Assembly (NCBI RefSeq): GCF_963921235.1
Contig: NC_086097.1
Coordinates: 1,364,001-1,428,000, forward strand
Origin: Mobula hypostoma
Lineage: Eukaryota
Length of the DNA stretch: 64,000 nucleotides
Direction: 5' to 3'
Below the pieces are notes generated by a model. The model was given only the letters and a program-made list of their open reading frames with translations. It was not told the origin of the DNA and searched no databases. The position numbers and the translations under genes were made by a program. Positions 38,623-50,920 of this stretch are shown piece after piece (the stretch's first letter is position 1; each line of letters begins with the position of its first letter).

Positions 38623-40201
38623 CAGGTGTCCCCCGCTTTTCGAACGTTCGCTTTATGACACCTCACTGTTACAAAAGGCCTACATTAGTACCCTATTTTC
38701 ACTTTCAGAAGGTGTTTTCACTGTTACGAAAAAAAATTCAACGCACAATAAAAAAATCAGTGCGTGATAAAAGGCAGCACGCTCCGAGCAGCCACTCTCT
38801 CCCGGATTCTCGCCGGCATTGCTTAAACGCGAGCCTGTGTGCAGCCGTTTGCAAGATGAGTTCTATGGTACTGGAAAAGCCTGAAAGAGCTCGTAAGGGC
38901 GTTACGCTTAGCATAAAACTAGACATAATTAAGCGTTTCGATCGTTGTGAACAAAGTAAGGACAACGTGAGTTTGGCTTGTGGAAGTTGACGAAGATGAT
39001 GTTGAAGAGGGTTTGGCATCTCATCACCAAGAACTGACAGATGAAGAACTGATGCAATTGGAAGAAAAAAGGATAACAATCGAAACCGAATGAGTAATGA
39101 TAAAGTACGACTTTAATTTTGAAAGGGTAAGTCGGCTTAGGGGATATTTGCAGGATGGTTTGAGTCCTTATTAAAGAATTGTGTGATAGAAAAATACACG
39201 AGGCTCAGCAGTCAAGCAAGCCTTCCACATCAGCCACAGCAGATGACAAACCTCGACCTTCAACATCCAGGCAGGCAGTCATAGGAGAAGATGAGCTGCC
39301 TGCTCTAATGGAAACAGACGACGAGATGACACCCCAGTGTCCCACCACCCGAACCCCCAGGCCAGGGACAGATACCGATTCGCGGAAAATGCAAAGGTAG
39401 CCAGGAGGCACGCAGCACATCTTGAAGAAAAAAGCCGAAATAAACATGCTAATTAATTAGGTGCCACCGACACGTAATTGTCGGCCCAGATCAGAGACAA
39501 CGCAATCGGAAATCGGCACTGATCTGGGCCGACAATTACGGGCGGCACCTAATTATTTAGCACATTTGTTTTGGCTTTTTTCTTAAAGATGTGCTGTGTA
39601 CCTCACGGCTACCGCTGGACCCCTGCGTTCTTTGTGGCAATGTATCGCTCAGCGGCCTGGAGGGTGGGAGCCACTGCACCACCCAAACTCCGACAAGTCT
39701 AACACACCATCATCAGTGTGCTCGGCAAGCTGTCTTGCCGATTCCGGTAATTGATACTACACTGTACATACATTATTTCTACTTTATATAGGCTGTGTAT
39801 TTTTACGTGTTATTTGATATGATTTGGCAGCTTCATAGCTTAAAGGTTACCGGAGAGCGCTTGCACGTGTTTTTGCCAACAGCGCTTTTGTGAGATTTTC
39901 TGCTGACGGTGCTTGTGTGAGATTTTCGCTATGGAGAACAGTTCAGTAATGACTGTGGAAAAGTATTTCTACTTTATATAAGCTGTGTATTTATCATATC
40001 ATTCCTGCTTTTACTACATGTTACTGTTATTTTAGATTTTATGTGTTATTTGGCATGATTTGGTAGGTTATTTTTGGGTCTGCCATCGCTCACAAAATTT
40101 TCCCATATAAATAAATGGTAATTGCTTCTTCGCTTTACGACATTTCGGCTTACGAACCATTTCATAGGAACGCTCTACCTTCAGATGGCGGGGGAAACCT
40201 G
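38623..40201 (+). mobile_element. Internally deleted Tigger derivative
   Basis: Same TIRs as 36388-41671 with TA on both sides. Transposase N-terminus (KPERARKG) fused to the C-terminal ELTDEELMQL segment. Confidence 0.9.
39335..39676. mobile_element. Palindromic hAT-type MITE related to 5170-5473
   Basis: cagtg...ccactg ends and the same hairpin core (aagaaaaaagccgaa...taattaggtgcc...ggcccagatcag). Absent from the matching region of the long Tigger near 41330. Confidence 0.75.
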
Positions 40202-41692
40202 TAACAATTACAGCACGGAAACAGGCCATCTAGGCCCTTCTAGTCTGTGCCGAACGCTTTCTCTCACCTCGTCACCGACCTGCACTCAGCCCATAACCCT
40301 CCATTCCTTTCCTGTCCATATAGCTATCCAATTTTACTTTAAGTGACAGTATCAAACCTGCCTCTACCACTTCTTCTGGAAGCTCATTCCACACAGCCAC
40401 CACTCTCTGAGTAAAGAAGTTCCCCCTCATGTTACCCCTAAACTTTTGCCCCCTAACTCTCAACTCATGTCCACTTGTTTGAATCTCCCCCACTCTCAAT
40501 GGAAAAAGCCTATCCACGTCAACTCTATCTATCTCCCTCATAATTTTAAATACCTCTATTAAGTCCCCCCTCAACCTTCTACGCTCCAAAGAATAAAGAC
40601 CCAACTTGTTCAACCTTTCCCTGTAACTTAGGTGCTGAAATCCAGGTAACATTCTAGTAAATCTTCTCTGTACTCTCTCTATTTTGTTGACATCATTCCT
40701 ATAATTCGGTGACCAGAACTGTACACAATACTCCAAATTTGGCCTTACCAGTGCCTTGTACAATTTTAACATTACATCCCAACTCCTATACTCAATGCTC
40801 TGATTTATAAAGACCAGCAAGCCAAAAGCTTTCTTCACCACCCTATCCACATGAGATTCCACCTTCAGGGAACTATGCACCATTATTCCTAGATCCCTCT
40901 GTCCTACTGCATTCTTCTATGCTCTACTATTTACCATGTATGTCCTATTTTGATTAGTCCTACCAAAATGTAGCACCTCACATTTATCAGCATTAAACTC
41001 CATCTGCCATCTTTCAGCACCTCTTCTAACTGGCCTAAATCTCTCTGCAAGTTTTGAAAACCTTGAAGAACGTGAAGCACTTTTGTGAGATTTTCGCTAC
41101 AATTGACAGTGCTGCAATGATTGCAGAAAAGTATGACTTTAATTTTGAAAGGGCACGTAGGTTTAGGGCACGTTTTCAGGATGCTTTTAGTGCCTACAAA
41201 GAACTGTATGATAGAAAAATGCACGAGGCTATCAGTCACGCATACTGTCATATTTGAAGCCTTCCACATCGGCCACAGCAGACGAACCTCGGCCTTTGAC
41301 ATTGAGGCAGACAGACATAGAAGAAGGTGTAGACGTACCTCCCACCTCCCCAACCTCCGACGCCTCAGCCTGACACACCATCATCAGTGTGCTCGTAGTC
41401 TTCCCGATTCCGGTAAGTGATACTACACTATACATACATTATTTCTACTTTATATAGGCTGTGTATTTATCATATCATTCCTGCTTTTACTATATGTTAG
41501 TGTTATTTTAAGTTTTGTGTGTTATTTGGTATGATTTGGTAGGTTATTACGCGAACAACTCACAAATTTTTCCCATATAAATAAATGGTAATTGCTTCTT
41601 CACTTTATGACATTCCGGCTTACGAAAGGTTTCATAGGAATGCTCTACCTTCGGATAGCGGGGGAAACCTGTTAAGGTAGAAATTGATAGGT

Positions 41693-43372
41693 AGACACCT
41701 TCTATGCACGTTTTGAAAAGGAGAACACAACTGCGGCTGTGAAGATCCCTGCTGCACCTGATGACCCTGTGATCTCTGTCTCAGAGGCCGATGTTAGACT
41801 GACTTTAAAGAGAGTGAACCCTTGTAAGGCAGTAGGTCCTGATGGAGCACCTGGTAAGGCTCTGAAAATCTGTGCCAACCAATTAGCGGGAGTATTCAAG
41901 GACATTTTCAACCTCTCACTGCTAGGGGTAGAAGTTCCCACTTGCTTCAAAAAGGCAACAATTATACCAGTGCCAAAGAAGAATAATCTGAGCTGCCTTA
42001 ATGACTATCGCCCAGTAGCACTCACATCGACAGTGATGAAATGCTTTGACAGGTTGGTCATGACTAGACTGAACTGCTGCCTCAGCAAGGACCTGGACCC
42101 ATTGCAATTTGCCTATCGTCACAATTGGTCAACGGCAGATGCAATCTCCACCGTTCTTCACACGGCTTTAGACCACCTGGACAACACAAACGCCTACGTC
42201 AGGATGCTGTTTATGGACTATAGCTCAATATTTAATACCATCATTCCCATAATCTTGATTGAGAAGTTGCAGAACCTAGGCCTCTGTAATTGGATCTTCG
42301 ACTTCCGAATCAGAAGACCACAGTCTGTGCAGATTGGTGATGACATCTCCCCGCTGACGATCAACACTGGCGCACCTCAGGGGTGTGTGCTTAGCCCACT
42401 ACATGACTCTCTCTACACCCATGACTGTGTGGCTAAGCATAGCTCAAATACCACCTACAAATTTGCTGTTGATACAACCATCGTTGGTGGAATGTCAGGT
42501 GATGACGAGAGGGCGTACAGGAGTGAGATATGCCAACTAGTGGAGTGGTGCCGCAGCAACAACCTGGCACTCAACATCAGTCAGACGAAAGAGCTGATTG
42601 TGGACTTCAGGAAGGGTAAGACGAAGGAACACATACCAATCCTCACAGAGGGATCAGAAGAGGAGAGAGTGAGCAGTTTCAAGTTCCTGGACATCAAGAT
42701 CTCTGAGGATCTAACCTGGTCCCAACATATTGATGTAGTCATAAAGAAGGCAAGACAGCGGCTACACTTGATTAGGAGTTTGAAGAGATTTGGCATGTTA
42801 ACAAATATACTCAAAAACTTCTATAGTTGTATTCTGACAGGCTGCATCACTGTCTGGTATGGAGGGGCTACTGCACAGGACTGAAAGAAGCTGCAGAAGG
42901 TTATAAATCTAGTCAACTCCATCTTGGGCACTAGCCTACAAAGTACCCAGGACATTTTTTAGGGAGCAGTGTATCAGAAAGGCAGCATCCATTATTAAGG
43001 ACCTCCAGCACCAGGACATGCCCTTTTCTCACTGTTACCATCAGGTAGGAGATACAGAAGCCTGAAGGCACACACTCAGCGATTCAGGAACAGCTTCTTC
43101 CCCTCTGTTATCTGATTCCTAAATGGACATTGAAGCTTCAGACACTACCTCACTATTTTTAATATACAGTATTTCTGTTTTTGCACATTTTTCAAAAATC
43201 TATTCAATATACATAATTGATTTACTTGTTTATTTATTATGTTTTATTTTATTTATTTATTATTATTATTTCTCTCTCTGCTAGATTATGTATTGCATTG
43301 AACTGCAGCCGCTAAGTTAACAAATTTCACATCACATGCCAGTGATAATAAAACTGATTCTGATTCTGATTC
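41693..43372 (+). mobile_element. 5'-truncated Rex1/Babar LINE with a 381-aa RT ORF (41739-42884)
   Basis: [22 protein letters not shown]; catalytic FADD changed to FAVD. (GATTCT)n tail. Inserted in a CR1 tail that resumes at 43373-43510. Confidence 0.92.
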
Positions 43373-43885
43373 TTGATTAGTCGGGACATAAAGGGATACG
43401 GGGAGAAAGCAGGAGATTGGGACGGAGAGGAAAATGCAATCAGCCATGATAAAATAGTGGAGCAGACTAGATGGGCCAAATAACCTAATTCTGCTCCTGT
43501 AACTTATGGTCCAGCCTTTTGTTGTAAGTCTCCTTGATTTTATGGTGTTGTACTCGGTGCGATAAAACTATGTGTGAATCGAAAGCTTGCAAAGCAATTT
43601 AAAAAATAGTATTATGGAATCATGTAGAAAGTTTACAAAGTCAAAAATGTACAATTCGCTATTTTGCATGTCAACTATTTTCCATAAAGTTGCACGTAGC
43701 TAACAGGTGTTGTAACAGTGACCTTTATTGAATAACATTGCCAGAAATGGGCTATAATTGGATGTATGAATCACCAATGTTCAAAAATCAACCATATTTA
43801 AGGGGACTAACATTAATCCAATGTAACTGTAATGCTGTGTGGGAAAAGCAAGGCAAAGCAATAAATTTACAAAGCAGAAGCTTAC

Positions 43886-44026
43886 CATAGGTTACAATGA
43901 GGAGGAAAAATGGCAAGTTTTTGACCATCTGCAGAATAGATTGGATATAGGAGTAGTCCTGTGGAGGGCTGGCATGGATAGCTGCTTGTGCTTGGCTTGG
44001 TGGAATATCCGGCTTCTCCTGAAACA
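43886..44026 (-). CDS. FLVCR2: Internal coding exon (equivalent to exon 3) of an FLVCR-family transporter
   Basis: (V)[46 protein letters not shown]. Acceptor ttcctttatttcag, donor gtaag, 141 bp, phase 1 to 1. Joins the previous exon in frame (G|TG = Val). Confidence 0.88.
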
Positions 44027-44084
44027 CTGAAATAAAGGAATTAAATTAGAAGTGGGCCACAAATTAATCCTTTACATAACAAAA

Positions 44085-44540
44085 ACAAAAAACAAACTGT
44101 TGTTAGAACAGTTGATGGGGATGGAATGGTTAACAGTTTTGGTTGAGACCCTGTATCAGGACTGAGAGTGGAGAGGGAACAGAGCCAATTTAGAGAAGAT
44201 GACAGAGACAGGAGCCAACAGGTGACAGGGAGACGTGAAAGATAATGGGCAGGAGCCAGGTGGAGGAGAGGGTGGGGTGGAACAGGGAGACAGAAACAGG
44301 TGAGTGATAGGTGGAAACAGACAAGAAAATAAAGGCCATTGCAATTGAGGATGGGAGGGGAGGATGGAGACAAGGTTACCCCTCCTCGCTCCTCTATACA
44401 GGCTACCTACCCTCTTCACTCTTAGTCTTGGTGCAGAGTCTCAACTTACAATTCCAACAATTCCTCCTCCCTCTCACAGATGTGGGCTAACCAAATGAAT
44501 TCCTCCAGTAGTTTTATTTGCACCAGATTCCAGCATCTGA
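44085..44540. mobile_element. Degraded inverted pair of Penelope-like terminal repeats
   Basis: Minus-strand agtcctgatacagggtctcaacc and plus-strand agtcttggtgcagagtctcaac...ttccagcatctg. Confidence 0.55.
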
Positions 44541-44779
44541 AGTTTACCTTGCATCTCCAAATATACATCCAGAATTGCACACATTTTGGCCTAGTTTCAT
44601 ATGAATATAGTTAAGCTCACAAAGAAACCAGCATCAAGACCAGTTTCAGATGCATTGAATTTGAGTTGGACCATCCACACCTAGGGTGCATAAATAGAGC
44701 TACTTTTTTTTAAGTCAAGGCAGCGATGAAGATTTTGAAGGCAGAATTTTGTAGCAGTTTTTCCTGATTTGAGAAGCAA

Positions 44780-47700
44780 TCAATCAGCAGGAGGGGTTCA
44801 ATAGAAAGGGCCAATAAGAATAATTCAAGTGCAAGCGGAGCGGCCATTCATTTTGAGTGTGCCAGACTTTAGAGTGACTTTGGCTCATTAAGATCAGGTT
44901 CCGGTGAAGTATGTCGTCTTGCAAGTTACTCTCTCTCTGTATTTATTTGATAGAGCATAGTAGGTTAGTGAGAATGGCTCCGAAGCAGTGTTTTGTACTT
45001 CGTGTGGGATGTGGGAAGTCTGGGAGACTGGACGTCTCCCAGATAAACACATCTTCACAAGGTGCACTAAGTGACAACTTCTGAGAGAACGTATTAAGCA
45101 ACTGGAGCTGTAGCTTGATGACCTTTGGCTCATATGGGAGAATGAGACAGGAGCTACAGAGTGCCACCAGGCTGCAAGAGACAGGTAACTGGGTGACATC
45201 AGGAGAAAGAGGGGAAATGCACAGCCCCTATAACCATTCCCCTTAATAATAAATATATAACTTTAGATTCTATTAAGGGGATGACCTATGGGGGCGGGGG
45301 GGGGGGTGCTAGCCACAGTGACCAGGACTCTGGCACTGAGCCTGGTGCTGTGGTTCAGAAGAGCAGAGAGATGAAGAGGAATGCAGTGTTGGTAGCAGAT
45401 TCCTTCGTCAGCAAGACAACCGGATGTATGTTGCCTCCCTAGTGCCAGGATCAGGGATGTCTTGGATCGGGTCCATGGCATGCTCAAGGGTAAGGGTGGG
45501 CAGCCAAAAGTCCTGGTACATGTTGGCACCAATGACATAGGCAGACAAGGTGAGGAGGTCCTGAAAGGAGATTTTGGGGAGCTAGGTAAAAAGCTGAGAA
45601 ACAAGATCTCCAGGGCAGTGAAAAAAAAAGGACCAGCCATGATTGAATGCGTAGCGGATTCGATAGGCCAAATGACCCAATTCTGCTTCTGTGTCGTATG
45701 GTAATCTCTGGATTGCTGCCTGTGCCATGTGCTAGTGAAGGTAAAAATGAAATGATTTGGCAGGTGAATATGTGGCTGAGGAACTGCTGCAGGGGGCAGG
45801 GCTTCAAATTTATGGATCATTGGGATCTCTTCCGGGCAAAGTATAACCTGTATAAAAGGCACGGGTCAGATATGAACCCGAGGAGGTCCAATATCCTTGC
45901 GGGCACGTTGGCTAGAGTTGTTCGTGTGGGTTTAAACTAATTTGGCAGGGGGATGGGAACCAGATTGATAGTGCTGCAGATGAAGTTGTTGGTTTACAAA
46001 TAGAGGCAATGTGTAGTGAGACTCCTAGCAAGGAGAGGCTGATGGCGGGGCAAAATTGCAGTCAACAGGATGTGTTGCAACGTAAAAGGTGGACAAAGTT
46101 GAAAAGAGTGAACACAGGACTGAAGGTGTGATATTTAGATGCACGCAGTGTACGGAATAAAGTAGATTAACTTGTAGCACAGTCACAGACTGGCACATAT
46201 GATGCTTAGGTATCACTGAATCATGGCTGAAGGAAGATTATAGCTGGGAGTTCAATGTCCAAAGATACACATTGCACGGAAAGGAGAGGCAGAAAGGCAG
46301 AGGAGGTGGCATTGCTTGGTTGGTAAAAAATGAAGTCAAATCATTAGAAAGAGGTGACAGAGGGTTAAAAGATGTTGAATCATTGTGGATAGAGCTAAGG
46401 AACTGCAAGAATAAAAAGTTACCGATGGGAGTTATATACAGACCTCCAAACAGTAGTAAGTATGTGGTCTACAATTTACAATGGGAGATGGAAAATGTAA
46501 ACCCAAAGGGCAACGTTACAATGGTCATAGAGGATTTCAATATGCAGGTAGATTGGGAAAATCAGGTTGACACTGGATTCAAAGAGGGGGAATGTCTACG
46601 AGATGGCTATTTAGATGGCTCTTGGTTGAGCCCACTAGTGGAACAGCTATTCTGCATTGAGTCTTGTATAAGAGCTTAAGGTAAAAAACCCTTTGGGGCA
46701 AGTGATAATAATATGATTGAATTCATCGAGGATTTTGAGAAGGAGAAACTAATGTCAGATGTATCAGTATTAGAGTGAATTACAGAAGCACAAGGTGAGA
46801 GTGAATCTCGTACCACTGGAGAACGATGCTGGAGAGGTAGTAATGGGAGACAAGGAAATGGCAGACAAACTGAACAAGTATTTTCCTGTGGAAGACACTA
46901 GCAGTATGGTGCAAGTTCCAGGTGCCAGGGGTCATGAAATGTGTGAAGTTACCATTGCTAGAGAGAAAGTTCTTGGGACAACTGAAAGGTCTGAAGCTAG
47001 ATAAGTCACCTGGACCAAATGATGAAGTGTGAACCACCCCACAGTTCTGCGAGAGGCGGCTCAAGAAATTGTGGAGGCATTAGTAATGAATGAGCAAGAA
47101 TCACCAGATCCTGGAATGGTTCAGGATGACTGGAAAATTGCAAATATCACTCCACTTTTAAAGAAGGGAGAGAGAAATTGTAGGCCAGTTAGTTTGACCT
47201 CAGTGGTTGGGAAGAAGTTGGAGTCGATTGCTAAGGATGTGGTTTCAAGGTACTTGGAGGCACGTGATAAAATAGGCTGCAGTGAGCATGCATTCCTCAG
47301 GGAGAGCCTTGCCTGACAGATCTGTGGAACTCTTTGAGGAAATAACAAGCAGAATAGATGAAAGAGAATCAGGTGATGTTGAGTACTTGGACTTTCAGAA
47401 GGCCTTTGACAAGATGCCACATATGAGCCCATGGTATTACACGGATAAAGCAGCGGCCAACTGGCAGGAGGCAAAGAGTGGGAATAAAGTGAGCCTTTTC
47501 TAGTTGGCTGCCGGTGAAGGGGTGTTCCACCAGAGACTGTGTTGAGACCGATTCTTTTTACATTATATGTTAATGATTTGGATGATGGAATTGATGGCTT
47601 TGTTGCAGAGTTTGCAGACAATATGAAGACAGGTGGATAGGTGTTTTGTTTGGCAGCTTTGGGCCTATACTCACTAGAATTTAGAAGAATGAGGGGGATC

Positions 47701-47992
47701 TCATTGAAACACATCCAAGTTGAAAGGAGGAGATAAGGCAGATATGGAGAGGATATTTCCTGTGGTGGGTTATCCAGAACTAGAGGGCACAGCCTCAAAA
47801 TTGAGGGGCGACTCTTTAGAACAGAGGTAAGGAGACTTTTTAAAGCAAAAATTGATAGTTTCCTGATTGATCAGGGCTTCAAAGGTTATGGCGAGAAGAC
47901 AGGTGTATGGGGTTGAGTGGGATCTGGGATCAGCCATGATGGAATGGCGGGGCTGAATGGCCCAATTCTGCTCCTATGTCATATGGTCTTAT
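44780..47992 (+). mobile_element. Degraded CR1 with ORF1 (VHVGTNDI esterase) and internally deleted ORF2
   Basis: ORF1 Zn finger, GVIYRPPN, RPVSLTSVVG, YLDFQKAFDK and a tail. Confidence 0.85.
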
Positions 47993-48795
47993 CACCTTAA
48001 CGTTTCAGGTCAAAGCTCCTTTATCAGAACTTCGCACAGAAATAAGGATGTAAGGCTCTGTTTTTAAGTACGTATAAATGGAAGGGAGAGGTCCAAGTAC
48101 ATAATGGCACCTTAGAGAATGAGATTAGGGAACCTGTCATGGGGGTTCTAGGAAATGGCTGGGAGTTAAACTGGAGTTAGGCTGGGAGTCCATTCGTCTC
48201 CCCCCATCCCTTCCCACCGATCTCCCTCCCAGCACTTACCCTTGTAAGTGGAACAAGTGCTACACATGCCCTTACACTTCCTCCCTCACCACCATTCAGG
48301 GCCCCAGACAGTCCTTCCAGGTGAGGCGACACTTCAACTGCGAGTCGGCTGGGGTGATATACTGCGTCCGGTGCTCCCGATGTAGTCTTCTATATATTGG
48401 TGAGACCCGACGCAGACTGGGAGGTTGTTTCGCTGAACACCTACGCTCTGTCCGCCAGAGAAAGCAGGATCTCCCAGTGGCCACACATTTTAATTCCACA
48501 TACCATTCCCATTCTGATATGTCTATCCACGGCCTCCTCTACTGTAAAGATGAAGCCACACTCAGGTTGGAGGAACAACACCTTATATTCCGTCTGGGTT
48601 GCCTCCAACCTGATGGCATGAACATTGACTTCTCTAACTTCCGTTAATGCCCCACCTCCCCCTCGTAACCCATCCTAATCTATTTATTTATTTCCACAAA
48701 CATGAGGAATTCTGCAGATGCTGGAAATTCAAGCAACACACATCAAAGTTGCTGGTTAACACAGCAGGCCAGGCAGCATCTCTAGGAAGAGGTGC

Positions 48796-48831
48796 AGTCG
48801 ACGTTTCAAGCTGAGACCCTTCGTCAGGACT
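48796..48831 (-). ncRNA. Minimal type I hammerhead ribozyme motif with intact core
   Basis: agtc-CTGACGA-agggtctcagctt-GAAAC-GTC-gact: stem I agtc/gact, palindromic ACGT stem III, GUC cleavage triplet. Confidence 0.7.
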
Positions 48832-49219
48832 AACTGAAGGAAGAGCTAGTAAGAGATTTGAAAGTGGGAGGGGGAGGGTGAGATCCAAAATGATAGGAGA
48901 AGACATGAGGGGGAGGGATGGAGCCAAGAGCTGGACAGGTGATTGGCAAAAGGAATATGAGAGGATCATCCGTTATTTATTTATATACACATATTCTTTT
49001 TCTCTCTCTCTCCTTTTTCTCCCTCTGTCCCTCTCACTATACCCCTTGCCCATCCTCTGGGTTTTCCCCCCCTCCCCCTTTTCTTTCTCCCTAGGCCTCC
49101 TGTCCCATGATCCTGTCCAGCTCTTGGCTCCATCCCTCCCCCTCCTGTCTTCTCCTATCATTTCGGATCTCCTCCTCTCCCTCCCACTTTCAAATCTCTT
49201 ACTATTTCTTCCTTCAGTT

Positions 49220-49255
49220 AGTCCTAATGAAGGGTCTCGGCCCGAAACGTCGACT
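49220..49255 (+). ncRNA. Minimal hammerhead motif with core mutation (CTAATGA)
   Basis: agtc-CTAATGA-agggtctcggccc-GAAAC-GTC-gact. Confidence 0.6.
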
Positions 49256-50021
49256 ATACCTCTTCCTATAGATGTTGCCTGGCCTGCTGCGTTCACCAGC
49301 ATTTTTCTGTGTGTGTTGTGGGAGTTAAGCAAATACTTTTCATCGACCTTTATGCTAGAAGATATTCTATACATCCCATTAATGCTTAATAATGCAAGAA
49401 AGGAATTAATTATCATTGCTATCACTAAACAATTGGTACCAAGCTACCTGATGAATCTGAAGAATCCGAATAAGAAGCATCTATTTAACAGTGAGATGAG
49501 GAAGCCTTTCTGCAGACGGTGAGTACTTTTGAAACTCCTTGTACACAGAGCTGCGGTAGCAGAGTGCTTGTGGATATTTAAAGGTGAGAGGTCGATAATT
49601 GATCAGGGAATAAAGGGTTAAGGGAAGAAGGCAGGAAAGTGGGCTTGGGAGAAACACACTGCCAGAACAGGCAGTGGAAGCAGTGACTCCCACTACAGTA
49701 GTTGGACGAGAACATGAACCACCAAGATATGAGGCTGAGAGCTGATAAATGAGATGGAGACAATGTGCTGAAGGGTCCGTTTCTAGTCTCGAAACTCAGT
49801 GGATGTTGAGTTGGTCATGATCCTCTGGAATGGTAGGGTAGGACTGAGGGGTTAAATCATATACCCTGTTCTTATTGGTCTTGGGTACTGGGATGTTGCA
49901 AAGGGGTGAAAGCACATAAAAAGATATCCATCCTCAGAAAAGCAGACCTTGAATAAGTTTCAGTGATTGTTCTGGTAAAAGACAATTGTATTCTTTAATT
50001 CCAGATTCACAATATGTTTCA

Positions 50022-50286
50022 GTAACACACACAAAACGCTGGAGGAACTCGGCAGGCTAGGCAGCATCTAGGAAGAGTACAGTTCACGTTTCAGGCTAAA
50101 ACCCTTCAGCAGGTTCAGAGAAAAAAAAGATGAGGAGTCAGAGCGAGGTTTTCTCCAGTCCTGCTGAAGGGTCTCGGCCTGAAACATTGAGACTCTTTTC
50201 CTAGATGCTGCCTGGCCTGCTGAGTTCCTCCAGCATTTTGTGTGTGTTGCTCGGATTTCCAGCATCTGCAGATTTTATCTTGTTTC
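50022..50286. mobile_element. Fold-back pair of Penelope-like terminal repeats
   Basis: aacacacacaaaacgctggaggaactc...gagttcctccagcattttgtgtgtgtt, each arm with a decayed hammerhead (CTGCTGA...GAAA). Confidence 0.75.
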
Positions 50287-50290
50287 TGTA

Positions 50291-50920
50291 ACCCCCTATT
50301 GACATCAATGCATCTGGGGTTGACAGGGCGAACAACTTTAAGTTCCTCGGCATAAACATCACTGAGGATCTCACATGGTCTGTACACACCAGCTATGTGG
50401 TGAAAAAGGCACAACAACGCCTCTTTCACCTCAGATGGTTGAGGAAGTTTGGTATGGACCCCCAAATCCCAAGAACTTTCTACAGGAGCACAATTGAGAG
50501 CATCCTGACTGGCTGCATCACTGCCTGGTATGGGAACTGTACTTCCCTTAATTACAGGACTCTGCAGAGAGTGGTGCGGACAGCCCAGCACATCTGTAGG
50601 TGTGAACTTCCCACTATTCAGGACATTTACGAAAACAGGTGTGTAAAAGAGGCCCGGAGGATCATTGGGGATCCATGTCAGCCCAACCACAAACTGTTCC
50701 AGCTGCTACCACCTGGGAAGCGGTACTACAGCATAAAAGCCAGGACCAACAGGCCATCAGACTGATGAATTCATGCTGACACAACTGTATTTCTATGTTA
50801 CATTGTTACTCATACTATTTATTATAAATTACTATAAATTGCACATTTAGACGGAGATGTAACATAAAGATTTTTAATCCTCATGCATATGAAGGATGTA
50901 AGTAATAAAGTCAATTCAAT
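50291..50920 (+). mobile_element. Rex1/Babar LINE 3' fragment
   Basis: KKAQQRLFHLR...FYRSTIESILTGCITAWYG and tail aataaagtcaattcaatt. Confidence 0.85.

Larger units (their letters stand above)
38601..41066 (-). mobile_element. CR1 3' fragment inserted in Tigger, with its tail split by a Tigger MITE
   Basis: 203-aa ORF 40272-40883. Tail aaccatata[...]taacaattacagcac. Confidence 0.88.
36388..41671 (+). mobile_element. Tigger/pogo DNA transposon with disrupted transposase and nested insertions
   Basis: TIRs caggtgtcccc / ggggaaacctg with TA on the left. CENP-B-like HTH (NLPASTIRT, MESVLLEWI), VFNCDETAIYWK, IVDNYAAHP, FLPPNTTSLL*PCDQG. Confidence 0.92.
48190..49320 (+). mobile_element. Penelope-like retroelement 3' end: GIY-YIG endonuclease plus inverted terminal repeats
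   Basis: ORF 48321-48647 GVIYCVRCSRCSLLYIGETRRRL...EH...EQHLIFRLG. 48697-48966 is an inverted copy of the terminal repeat. Confidence 0.9.

Noticed and set aside
41739..42884. 381-aa RT ORF as an active or domesticated gene
   Set aside because: 5'-truncated, catalytic FADD changed to FAVD, and a premature stop.
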